Positions 23,018 to 34,300 of a stretch of 64,000 nt of DNA are shown one piece after another. The stretch's first letter is position 1, and each line of letters begins with the position of its first letter. The DNA is from Guillardia theta CCMP2712 (taxonomy: Eukaryota; Protista; Cryptophyta): assembly GCF_000315625.1 (NCBI RefSeq), contig NW_005434654.1, positions 128,273-192,272 on the forward strand, read 5' to 3'. The translations under genes were made by a program, and so were the position numbers. A model generated the notes under the pieces. It did no database searches, was not told the origin of the DNA, and was given only the letters and a program-made list of their open reading frames with translations.

Positions 23018-24591
23018 ATGAGCGCCGGGAACTCCTTGAACGATCTTCCTCTTCCTGAGCTCTATGCTCACCTCTCGCGATCCGGTGGGTCCCTGGTCTA
23101 CGTTCGTCGATGATGGCTGCTCTCTAGGGCTCATCACTCGCCTCCTTGAACTGGCTCGGGACGAAGATCTTGGCTTCGATGGCAAACCTGGAGATCTCAC
23201 ATGTCAAGTGACTCTAGGCATGCAGACAGCTTGCCATACCTTGAGTGACTCCCGTTTCTACCAGAGGAATCGCATGCGATGGAGACCAAAGTAATGAGCC
23301 GAGCCGAGCTTGTTACTGCAGGCCTTGCTGTGCTGCCTGAGGCTGCAAAGGTCAGTATGTAGACGTTGCAGAAGTCTGAGTGTAGACTGTGAGACATGAC
23401 TTCCTGTCACGCCTTTGACACAGTTGGCGAGCAGATCTTTGCTCCGAATGTCACGGTGGAACCAAAAGTGCAAGATGGACAGAAAGTGCCCAAGGGAACA
23501 GCACTTGCTGTATTAAGAGGGCCATCACACCAAATGCTCCGTCTCGAACGTATTTGCCGAAGTTTCTTGACTTTCCTTCCTTCTCATTCTTGTTAGGGGT
23601 CGCTCTCAACATGATCGGGAGACTGAGTGGAATTGCGACTAAAACCAATCAGTTCCATCAGGAGATGATCAAGATGGCTGGACAAGACTGCAGGTCATCA
23701 ATGGTTCGCAACGCTGTCAGGAGATAACTTTGAAGTAGAGCAAAACTCCTGGACACCCGCAAGACTACTCCAGGTAGAAGATGCCTTATGTGAAGTTCGT
23801 CTCTCTGATAGCTGCCGCTCTAAGGCTTGCGTGTGCTTGAAAAGTATGCAGTACGATGCGGGGGAGGATATTGCCATCGTATGGGCTTGCATGAAGCAGG
23901 TCAAAACTTCGACCCATCATCATGTACAAGGAAATGGGCTTTAACCGCTGCTTGCAGTGCTGATCAAGGACAACCATATCGCTGGCTTACAGCCTAGTGA
24001 AGTTGCAGAGCGTGTGAAGCAAGCCGTCGAGAGGACAAACAAACTGAAGGCAGAAGGAGTGGAGGTCAAGTTCTTCGAGGTAGAAAACTTGGAGCCCTCA
24101 TCGCAAAGTTTACAATCTGGACCAGGTCGAAGTTGACACCATTGATCAGCTGCGCGCTCTCTTGACATTGCCCGACGGGTCATATAAGATTTGGACCCTT
24201 CTCGAACTGACCATGGAGCGGACAGAAGCATCGACTTCATCCTCTGCGACAACTTTACTCCTGACATGCTCGAAATGGTCCTGCCGCTCCGTGCAAGCCG
24301 GAATGTGTATGATATGCTGAATGTGCAGGCTGTAAAACTTCGAGATGCATCGGGAAAGAAAATCTTGCTCGAAGCTTCTGGAGGGGTAAACATGAAACGT
24401 CAAGGATGGGTTGCTGAGCTCAGGCAGGTAAACATGGAGACGATTGGAGAGATTGCGAAGAGCGGGGTTGACAGGATTAGCGTGAGTGAACAAGATGAGA
24501 TGGTGCCTTTGCTTCGCTCATTCTCTATGGTGATCAGGTGGGAGGCCTCACACATCAAGCTGTTTCCATCGACGTCGGTTTAGATGCTTGA
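23018..24591 (+). CDS. nadC: Nicotinate-nucleotide pyrophosphorylase (quinolinate phosphoribosyltransferase), multi-exon
   Basis: Spliced motifs include [88 protein letters not shown] and GVDRISVGGLTH. Stop at 24589-24591. Confidence 0.95.
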
Positions 24592-24856
24592 AACCCCCTT
24601 CATCAGCGATGCGTTGTCATTCATCACCATGTAGAGCCTTGATGAACACGATGAAAACATTTACAAGCAGTTCTCCCAATAAAGCAATTAGCACAAAATG
24701 AAGGAAACCGACACAAAAATAAAGGAGAAAACAACTGCCCGACAAGCCGACCAACAAATTCTTCCCTTCCACGAAAGGAAGAATTGAAGGACGATCAAGT
24801 TCCTAAGTAAGATGTTCTCGGGATCTTAACATATGGAGGGATCAAAAAATGCGCTC

Positions 24857-25227
24857 TCACTTGCACCTAGCTTTCTCCAGATCTAGAGCTCCCTTGTCTG
24901 TATGCTTTGCCTCCCAATGGATTTGCAGCGACTTTTCACTGGGCTGGTCACAAATCAGAAAACAACACATGCAAATCGAAGAGATTATGCAATTAGATCA
25001 CAATACCTGCTGACAAAGACAGACGTAGCACTTGAAACCACATGCTGCATTCTGTCTTTCAGCTTTTCCAGCGGCTCCGCCGCCACGATTCACATTTGCT
25101 TCGAACACCTGGGAACAAATGAAACATTCAGCAACGAAATGCCTCACATCGATTTTGATTCCCCAAGTCTCACCTTCTTTGCAATCTCCTTAGAAGTGTG
25201 CTTCGTTGGTTTTGCCTTGCCACCCAT
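24857..25227 (-). CDS. MBS: Small C2H2 zinc-finger protein, METHYLENE BLUE SENSITIVITY (MBS)-like; 3 exons, missed by the ORF track
   Basis: MGGKAKPTKHTSKEIAKK|VFEANVNRGGGAAGKAERQNAACGFKCYVCLCQQ|PSEKSLQIHWEAKHTDKGALDLEKARCK*. This matches the MBS pattern GKAKP.KHT.KE...NRGGG.AG...C..C......QIH...KH. Confidence 0.85.
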
Positions 25228-26136
25228 CTTCTTGCCAAACCTTGACTAGGCTTTACAGTCAATAAACGCTTGTTGGAATTCCAGAACTGCCCGCCTTTTG
25301 AGATCAACCTGAAGGATCTTGATCCTTCTGTGTTTGTCTGACTTAAGAAACGCGAGGGTCTTGCTGCAAGTTGTCCTCCTGGCCTTGTCTTGCTCTCCCT
25401 CGTGCGCAAGTCTCTTGCCCTTCCCCACAACCTTTCTCCACCCCCACCCCCACCCCCACCCCTGTTCAGAACAATGACTACCCCCAACATCCTCTGTACC
25501 CCCCATGGCCCTCTAAAACTACCCTGTTTGGCTACCCTTCCAAATCACCCACCTCTTCAATCTGGGATCAACCTTGCTTCCCGGATGGTAGTACCCCACC
25601 GCCACTCAACCACCTCGCACCCTCTATCCCATACCACAACACCCACCTTTGGACCCATTTGAAGTACCCCCTTCCATTCCGAAGTCTCTGGCTAGTGTCG
25701 TCATCACACCCCTCCTTATTACCGCCATCGTTTTTGGTCATCAGGGGTGGGTAATGCGCTCATTGTACTACTTGAAACTCTCAGTTCAAGGCTCCGGGTT
25801 GTCAAGCCCGGCCGAGCCAGACAGCCTGAATGACCCCACCCCACCACCCCCCACCCCACCCCCCTAAATAAGTTTCACAACACCGGTATGAATCACGAGA
25901 GTACGTGGTATGGGTTGACAAACAAAGGGGTGGGACTGAGATGAACTTCGAATTCCCTGGGTAGGGGTATCGAATGAGGGGTAGGGGTGCAAAAGTGAAA
26001 GGAGAATTGTAAGTAAAAATACGGGTGATCAAGTCAATGTGGGGGTGTGTCATCATTGCAGGGGGTAGGGGGCTCTCGGGGATACACCAAGGAGGGAACC
26101 AGGGAGGGTGGGTGTCTGGAGGCGAGAGGGACTACG

Positions 26137-28063
26137 ATGGCCGCGAGTTTGGGAAGAATTCCTACGACGACGATGATGAAGCTGACGGGAATGGTGATCA
26201 TGTTGTTCATCGCATCTCAGCCTGTCCTGTCAAAGTCGGTAAGATACAACCCCGAAGCATCAAGAGAAGGGGAGCCGATGTATGTCAACTGCATCGTATA
26301 ATCAGACTGAAATTTCGGACATCATGATGTAGGCGTCGTAAGGTTCTTGAGTTCAGTAGCATAGAAAAGTACTAGTGAGCGAGGAACATTTGATGTATAT
26401 GTGAAGTTAAGATAGAGAAAACGACAGTTAGGGCAGTACCAAACAAGAGAGAAGAGCTTCCTGTGTTGGAGCTGTAATGGGGGCCGACACGTTTCGTCGC
26501 GCCACAGCAACTAGCATGATGAGCATGCCTTAGGTATGAAAGAGTGGAGTGAAGCCTAGCCAGATATGACATTCTTTCACACAATGTCAAAAACGTCGTT
26601 GTGCTATTGTAGTCTTCGATTTGAGCCTGTGATATCTGTTTGACGTTAAATACCTTGGTGTAGACTCTCGGCAAGCTTGATGAATTCCTCGAGGACAATT
26701 CCATGGCTGGGTGCTTATTATTGATTTCCCGAATGATATCTTATTGACCACATATCTTGGTAGGACTTGTGCGAACGGTGTCTGCACTGTTCATGGTCCT
26801 GCCGGAACAGGAGAATACTCCGAAATTTTTGAGCAGTTCGTTCCTGAATTCTTTGCTGGGGCACAGGTTGCCAATCTCTTTTGGTTCCTTTTAGCTGTAT
26901 TCCGATCATTTTGATGGCAGGACATGACAGGATTGATGGAAGCTGCTAAGAATGCAGGAACGAGTGGAGATTACAAGCAGATCCAGAAGTTGGCAGGTGC
27001 CCTTGTCCGTGCGTTATGAGATTGTCACGCTTATATTTGAAAATCAGAAAAGTATCAGAAGGATTCCCAAGACAGGATGAATCCGTGAGTTTTGAACAAG
27101 AAACTATGCTCCCTGCTGATCATCATCCATCAGGTACATCTCACAAATCTACGACCAGTTTGTGTCTCCCAAGGCTCCTGGTGTTGACCCAGAGATTGCC
27201 AGAGCCATGATCAAGGTACTCTACAGCTCTCGTCTCCTCGTCTCCTTGGTATTTCGTGTCCTGATCGTGAATGGTTGCATTTCAGGAGTTCCTCATCGCC
27301 TGTCAGCGCCATATGCCCCTCCTTGCCAAGCAGTCCATGAACGCTGGAATGAAGCTTGGTGCTATGATGCAAGGAGGTGGATGTCTTTCTATTCGTCTAA
27401 TGTCTCCCATAAAGCCTTGAGCAGGAGATGCCAACCCTGCCTTGCTCGCTCAGATGGAGGAGGGCATGAAGGGATATCTCCCACAGGTCACGTTTTGCCT
27501 TTTTCGGTCTGGTTGCACGGAAGGTTGAAGTCCTCAATCTGCAGGTCACTAAGACCATGTCCGGAGTTCTTGTCGAGCTTCTTGCAAGGAGTGACAAGAT
27601 GGCTGATGACATTTTCGAGGTATGTTTTTGAAATTCAATGGGTGTGGCCTGTCGCCATGATGATTGAATTTCTCGCAATCAATTATTGCTTCGTTTACTG
27701 ATGGAACAGGCCATGGACGGTGATCTCATATAATTGCCGTTTCTTTTCGGTGTTGAATGATTGCTTAGGTGACAAGGATGGAATCGTTACACGCAAGGAG
27801 TTCGAGAAGGATTTCCTCACCGCCATGCAGCAGATTGTGAACATGCAAGCTCTCGCTCAGACGGCGCAACAAGTCATGTCTCAAATCAGCGACAAGGACC
27901 TTGAGCAGCTGCGAGGAATGATTGATCCGGACATGCTCAAGCAGTTCAGTCAGATGGACCCTGACACCTTGCTAGATCAGCTCAAGGAGGTGATTACTTC
28001 ACTCCTATGGCGTTTCAATGCTTCCTTAACCTTTATCTTCAGTTGGGCAAGGCAGGTTTGCCT

Positions 28064-28137
<74 letters not shown>

Positions 28138-28192
28138 TGGTCTTGGAGGAAAGCGCAATGGTAGAGCCAACACCTTCGGAAGATTTGCATAA
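26137..28192 (+). CDS. Multi-exon EF-hand protein with (GGM)n C-terminal tail and signal-like N-terminus (may be two genes)
   Basis: Leader [22 protein letters not shown]. Spliced DDIFE|AMDG|[15 protein letters not shown] gives an EF-hand loop. The last exon reads [14 protein letters not shown]...FGRFA*. Confidence 0.6.
28064..28137 (+). repeat. (GGCATGGGC)n 9-bp coding repeat
   Basis: About 8 identical units encoding GMG. Confidence 0.9.
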
Positions 28193-28585
28193 TCTTCTCA
28201 TGTTACGTGAGTGAATGAGTGCAAGAGATTGTCGTATATTGCAATATGATCGAATGCTGCACACCTTTCCCTGCTTCCTGACATCACCATCATATACTTA
28301 GCCTTCTAAGATTGTCCGTTTTGAATGTTCCTTCCAACTTCCCAAAAACGATGGTGTGAAAGTCTTACACTGCTCATGCTCAATAGGCTTTTGTCTGCTT
28401 TCCTGGTCAAATAGAAGAAGAACACATACAGACAGGATGAAAGAATGACTCAAACATACACATCAACCACCCAACGTAGTTCGCGGATACGCATGGGGCC
28501 ATTCCAGTAATCAAAATACAATTTATTTAGTTCGTGTACATTCACGTCAACAAAAGTACTGGAAACAAAATACAAAACTGATCGT

Positions 28586-28991
28586 CTAGATCGCAGTACG
28601 ATCGGAGGGACTGACGAGAAAAATCTCAACTGCCGATGCATACGGGGAAATGCTCCAAACCAGTTCGATGGGTTAAAAACAACGCCTCAACCACAATAAA
28701 GAATAATCCTCCATGAATTTCTGAGGAAATTCTTGACATTCATGAAGAAGAAGGGCGACGGACAGGCGGCAGCACCTCCTTGCCTACCACCACCTTACCG
28801 GCCGCAAGCTCGTGCCCTTGGTAGCATATCCTCATGGTCGTCGCATAACTGTTGTCATCCTTCGCCCATGAAGTCCACTCCTTGGGTACAAGAGGAAGCT
28901 TTCCCTGGCTCCTTTCAAGCAGGAAGCCCGCAGCAAACGACCAGCAAGCCGTCGAAAGAATCTGTTTCGCGCTATTGCTCCATACTGCCAT
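28586..28991 (-). CDS. Small hypothetical spliced protein
   Basis: MAVWSNSAKQILSTACWSFAAGFLLE...GHELAA, followed by a gtaagg donor. TATATAAAG lies about 40 nt upstream on the minus strand (29031-29039). Confidence 0.35.
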
Positions 28992-30029
28992 GACCACAAA
29001 ACTTCTTTATGAATGTCACTCGCACCCACCCTTTATATACCCGAAGAAGTACCCCCACCCCATCCTCGTTAAAGGACCCATCTTCTTACCCCACCCTCAC
29101 GTTCCTGAAAAATGCACCACTTTAGCAAGTACAGCACATGCAGTCGGTCGCTGTACCCCTACCCTCTCTCTACCGTGGTGAACACCCCACCCTCACGTGT
29201 TATCTCCGAACCCTCACTCCCCAACTTCAAAATCCTGCAAACCCTCGTGACAGGACCCCACCCTTCAATGGCCCGGCCGAATGTGACCACCCACACACAG
29301 GGAAATCTCAAATCACCCTTTTAAAACAGACCACATCTTCGCCTATTCAAATGACCCACCCTGTTGTAGAACCCTGTAAAGATAAAGCACCCCACCCTAT
29401 CCTCTCTATGGGAGGATTGGCCCTCACCCCACCCCTTCCTACAAATGATTGTTCACCCGAATGCAGGTGAAATCCACCCCTGCATTCCAGTGTCAAAATA
29501 CCCTACCAGCGATCGCCTCTCCTCAACTGAGATATCTTGAGTAATAATAAAAGAGGCGACCCGCCCTCGTACTCCCCAGAGAAAAACGGAGGGTAGGGGT
29601 AGGCAATAAGAGAACGGCCAAGGGTGACGAGGACTTTTTATTCCTAGGGTAGCATACCACCCCACAGGTAATCCACATACTACGGGTCATTGAGTGGCTT
29701 TTGAATGAGAATGGGGTGGTTCATAGCTCCCCATCCCCACAAGGAGGTGCGGGGTCAGACACGAGCTAGGCGATCCTTGAAAAATATTTTTGAATTGCTG
29801 GTACAAATTTAGATGGTAGTCAAATGTATGCAAGTACAAGATAAAATCAATTAGTGGATATAAACAGTTAAAAACTATAAAACCTCTAAAACGCAACAGC
29901 TTTCTACCTAAGTCCAACACAACAACATTATAAGATAAGATTGTTATTAAAACAAAAGAAGCTTTGAGTAAAAAGTTCATCAAGCAGGAATAAAAATATT
30001 TTGATCTTATAATTGAGTATTTACATTTA

Positions 30030-30350
30030 GGCGGCTTCCGAGTCAGCGGCCCGGGCGGCCGCGCAGGCCCCGGGCCCGGCGGCCCAAACTTCCAACTGAG
30101 GGGGCTCCGACCGCGGCCGGCCGGCGCCGCGGCGGTGGCCTCACCCACGGCCGGCCAACTGACCACTTAAAGTGGCCCAGGACTCCGCGCTCCGAGGCTC
30201 AGTGTGACTCGTGCAGTCAAAGTTGTTAGCAGTCACAGACGGTGCCGCACTCTGTCCGCGTGTGACCGCGGCCCAGTGCCGGAACTTCTTGGGCCTTGAG
30301 CCCCGCCGCGGCAACTTTGTCTTTTAGTTCGGGGCTGAGGTCACCGGTGG
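30030..30350. other. Second GC/CCGG-rich non-coding island
   Basis: gagtcagcggcccgggcggccgcgcaggccccgggcccggc...ctcagtgtgactc, the same vocabulary as the 14-kb island. Flanked by AT-rich DNA. Confidence 0.65.
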
Positions 30351-31326
30351 TCAACTTGCCAAGCAAAAGTGTGGTTGAAGGACCGGTAGTAGACCTTCAC
30401 TCAGCTAAAAGTGTTTGGACCGTTCAGCTAAAAAGTGACTAATTTTTTCTTTTTAAAGGCCCAACCCACCTGAACCTACCCACCCCTGCTGATGAATGGA
30501 AAATGTAGGGAGAAACAGGGGTTGGTCTTGTACACGAAATGTTCCTCAGGGTGGGTGAGACGTGCTGAGCAGTAAATTTGAAATTGATAGCTAAGGGTGT
30601 GAGCTATGGAGTTTCTGACCGTATCCCACTTAACAAATGGGCCATCTAGGGAGTCAGAGATGTACTGCTTGATCCTGTTTTGAGAGTTGCTCGGAGAGGA
30701 GGTAGTGGTGGCTTTCTGTTGGGGACCAATCTGGCGGTGAGAGATTTTTGCCAGCATGGCAATGTAGTGCAGGAGTGTAGACTAGTCATCGTGAGACTTG
30801 GTTGTGCATTCGTTCTGATATGAACCTCTGTCCAAATTTATGTCACAATAGATAGTTACAGTCGTGTTGCATCAATTCAACACGCCACCAGCATTGTTTA
30901 TACTTCATTTGTGGCCTATTTTGGCGCTAGATTTTTAGTAACTCAACAACAAACTAGTCTTTTCGTTTGAAGACGTAGGGCATTTTGAACCCAAACTAAG
31001 ACGATAGATCATCTACCTTCGCTACAAGTTTGCGATCTGTCATGATCTTCTCTTTATTTTTATCGACGTGGTCGTAGTGTTTCTTCCTTTTTACTTGTGT
31101 GTTCATTTTTGTTTATCGCTGGACATATGAGAATGACGTCGAATTCATGAGTGTCACAACTTTTCTATTTCTGAGACAATTTTATTCTTTTCGATGTGAT
31201 AGAAGGTTGCAAGCCCATGATCTTACACAAACTTGGGAGTACTGTGACACAAAACTCCGCTTTGCAGAATTGCAATGACAGGAAAATACCTCTTTGACAG
31301 TTTTTCACAGGTTGTATGCAACCAAG

Positions 31327-34300
31327 ATGTTGAGCTTATGGCGATCAAGATTCTTTCTTGCGGTTTGGGTCCTCATTCCGGCGCTTGTGTCCGCGACTTG
31401 GGATTGTCCAGATCACGCAAGGAAGGCAGATCCAAGAGCCCCTGATGACGTCGCTTATTGCTTCTGCGAACCCGGATATTTTGGAGACTTGCTTCTACCT
31501 GGTTCTTCTTGCCAGCCATGCCCCGGAAATTCTTCATACTTTGGTAATGATACATTGACGATCGGTGCATGCCAATGTGATAGCTACTTCTATGGCGATC
31601 TCGTTGCGAACGGCAGCTGTACACCCTGCCCTCGTGGACTTTTCTCGATGCCAGGCAGCAAAAGCATTGGAGAATGTATGTGTCTAAAGATCATGGAGAT
31701 GCAAACATATACTAATCAGTCGAGTCAATGTGTGTGTCCAAGAAATTATTTCCATAACCAAGAAACAAACAAAGAAGCAGTGGAGTTGACATACGAGCCA
31801 CAGTCAAGCTCTGGAAACGCGATCGAATTAATACAAAGATCCCATCCAGCAATGATAATAGCCGCAACAAGAATCATAACAACTAAACTGACGGCAACTG
31901 GATCAGCAATGTACGGAACAAACTTCTACCTCCGAGCCGAGGACGACCTAGGAGTCTTCGACATCTGGTCGGACTCCGGGACGTACGTGAACCTCCCTCA
32001 GGGCGTGCTGTACCTGCCACGCGGACGAGGAGCCGGGCTGAAGCGGCTCTTCCTGGACTCATACCCGTATCAGTCTTGGTCCTTCCATGGGGTGTACGGG
32101 AGCGTCGCGGTCCAGGCCAGGCGAGTCTGCGTAGCCTGTCCCGAGGGGACGTACTCGCTAGCAGGAGACTCGAGCTGTAGGCCTTGCCCGGGTAACTCTA
32201 CTGCTCTACGTAACCTGACAGGGTCTAACGCGACGGGCTGCGTCTGCAAGCTAGGCTACCGCGAAGACCGGTCGGGAGGGAAGCTGAGCTGTGTAGCGTG
32301 TCCGGCGGGGGCGCGAGCAGGAGTCGGGTCGGAGGAGTGTCGGTGCTGGGGCGGGATGGTCGAGACGCGAGGAGCCGGCGGGGAGCTTGTAGGGTGCGGG
32401 TGCCCCGCGGGTACAGAGGCGGGGAGGAGCTTCGCAGACTGGAATAAGTACGCGGGAGTCGTATACGCCAGCCCCTACATGTCGTACTCGTACATGTCCG
32501 AGGAGCTCGTGCTGGAGTCGCTAGCGGCAGACATGGCCAGACTGATACAGGACGCCGGGGAGCTAGAGGGCCTGGTCAACAGCAGCAAGCCGATCCCTTA
32601 CATGGTGTTGCCGCAGCAGTCGTACTGGTACTACCCGTCGTACATGCAGGACATAGCGGCGATATCCAACTACACGATGAGAGGAGGGACGCTGGTGACG
32701 ATGGGCGACGGGGTACAGGACCTGCTGGCGCAGGCCTTCGGGATAGCAAGGCCGGCGCTGTCTTGGACTTCGTCGGAAGCTCGGCTCAACAACGCGAGCG
32801 CAGCAGGGACGGCGTTCGAGGGGGGCCCGAGCTCGCTGTCGTACTGGTACGCTGTACGCTGGCCACTGTCGGGGCTGCCGCCGGGCGCAAGGAGCATGTA
32901 CGACGACGGGTGGTACTCGTCGGCGGTAGTGATGAGGGTAGGGAGGGGTCAGGTAGTGTGGCTGGCGTACGACGACGGGCTGGCGTCGACGGGGGCGTGG
33001 CAGGAGGTACTGAGGCGGGCGGTGGAGGCCGGGGGCCCCTGCGAGTCATGCGGGGCAGGGACGTACCGGAGCGAGTCGGAGCAGAGCTGCACGGCGTGTC
33101 CAGGGAACTCGACGTCAGAGATCGGGTCGAGGTCCATGGAGGAGTGCGAGTGCAAGGCGGGGTACTACGGAGAGGCTCGGAGGAACGGAGGGAAGGGTTG
33201 CCAGGCTTGTCCGCCGGGCGCCTACTCCCCGAGGGGAAGCCGCAACGCTAGCAGCTGCCGATGCTCGGCAGGGACGACGTGGTTAGGGAGTGTCAACGGG
33301 TCGGCGCTGGCATGCCTGTGTCCGGATAATCATTACGGCCCGGTGGAGCATAGCACGGGGATCGACGTGACCTTGTATCCTGCGACGTCGGACGACAACA
33401 TGATCAGCTTCAGAGACGCCGGGGGCAGGACTTGGCTACAGACAGAGCTGGTAGAGTCGATCGACACAAGGAGGCTGCAGGGCTTCGGTCACTCTCACTC
33501 GGGCACACCGATCGACTTCTACCTCCGAGCCGAGGACGACCTAGGAGTCTTCGACATCTGGTCGGACTCCGGGACGTACGTGAACCTCCCTCAGGGCGTG
33601 CTGTACCTGCCACGCGGACGAGGAGCCGGGCTGAAGCGGCTCTTCCTGGACTCATACCCGTATCAGTCTTGGTCCTTCCATGGGGTGTACGGGAGCGTCG
33701 CGGTCCAGGCCAGGCGAGTCTGCGTAGCCTGTCCCGAGGGGACGTACTCGCTAGCAGGAGACTCGAGCTGTAGGCCTTGCCCGGGTAACTCTACTGCTCT
33801 ACGTAACCTGACAGGGTCTAACGCGACGGGCTGCGTCTGCAAGCTAGGCTACCGCGAAGACCGGTCGGGAGGGAAGCTGAGCTGTGTAGCGTGTCCGGCG
33901 GGGGCGCGAGCAGGAGTCGGGTCGGAGGAGTGTCGGTGCTGGGGCGGGATGGTCGAGACGCGAGGAGCCGGCGGGGAGCTTGTAGGGTGCGGGTGCCCCG
34001 CGGGTACAGAGGCGGGGAGGAGCTTCGCAGACTGGAATAAGTACGCGGGAGTCGTATACGCCAGCCCCTACATGTCGTACTCGTACATGTCCGAGGAGCT
34101 CGTGCTGGAGTCGCTAGCGGCAGACATGGCCAGACTGATACAGGACGCCGGGGAGCTAGAGGGCCTGGTCAACAGCAGCAAGCCGATCCCTTACATGGTG
34201 TTGCCGCAGCAGTCGTACTGGTACTACCCGTCGTACATGCAGGACATAGCGGCGATATCCAACTACACGATGAGAGGAGGGACGCTGGTGACGATGGGCG

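Noticed and set aside
27300-27360. Thioredoxin-like [11 protein letters not shown] motif
   Set aside because: Splice phase puts this exon in another frame ([16 protein letters not shown]).
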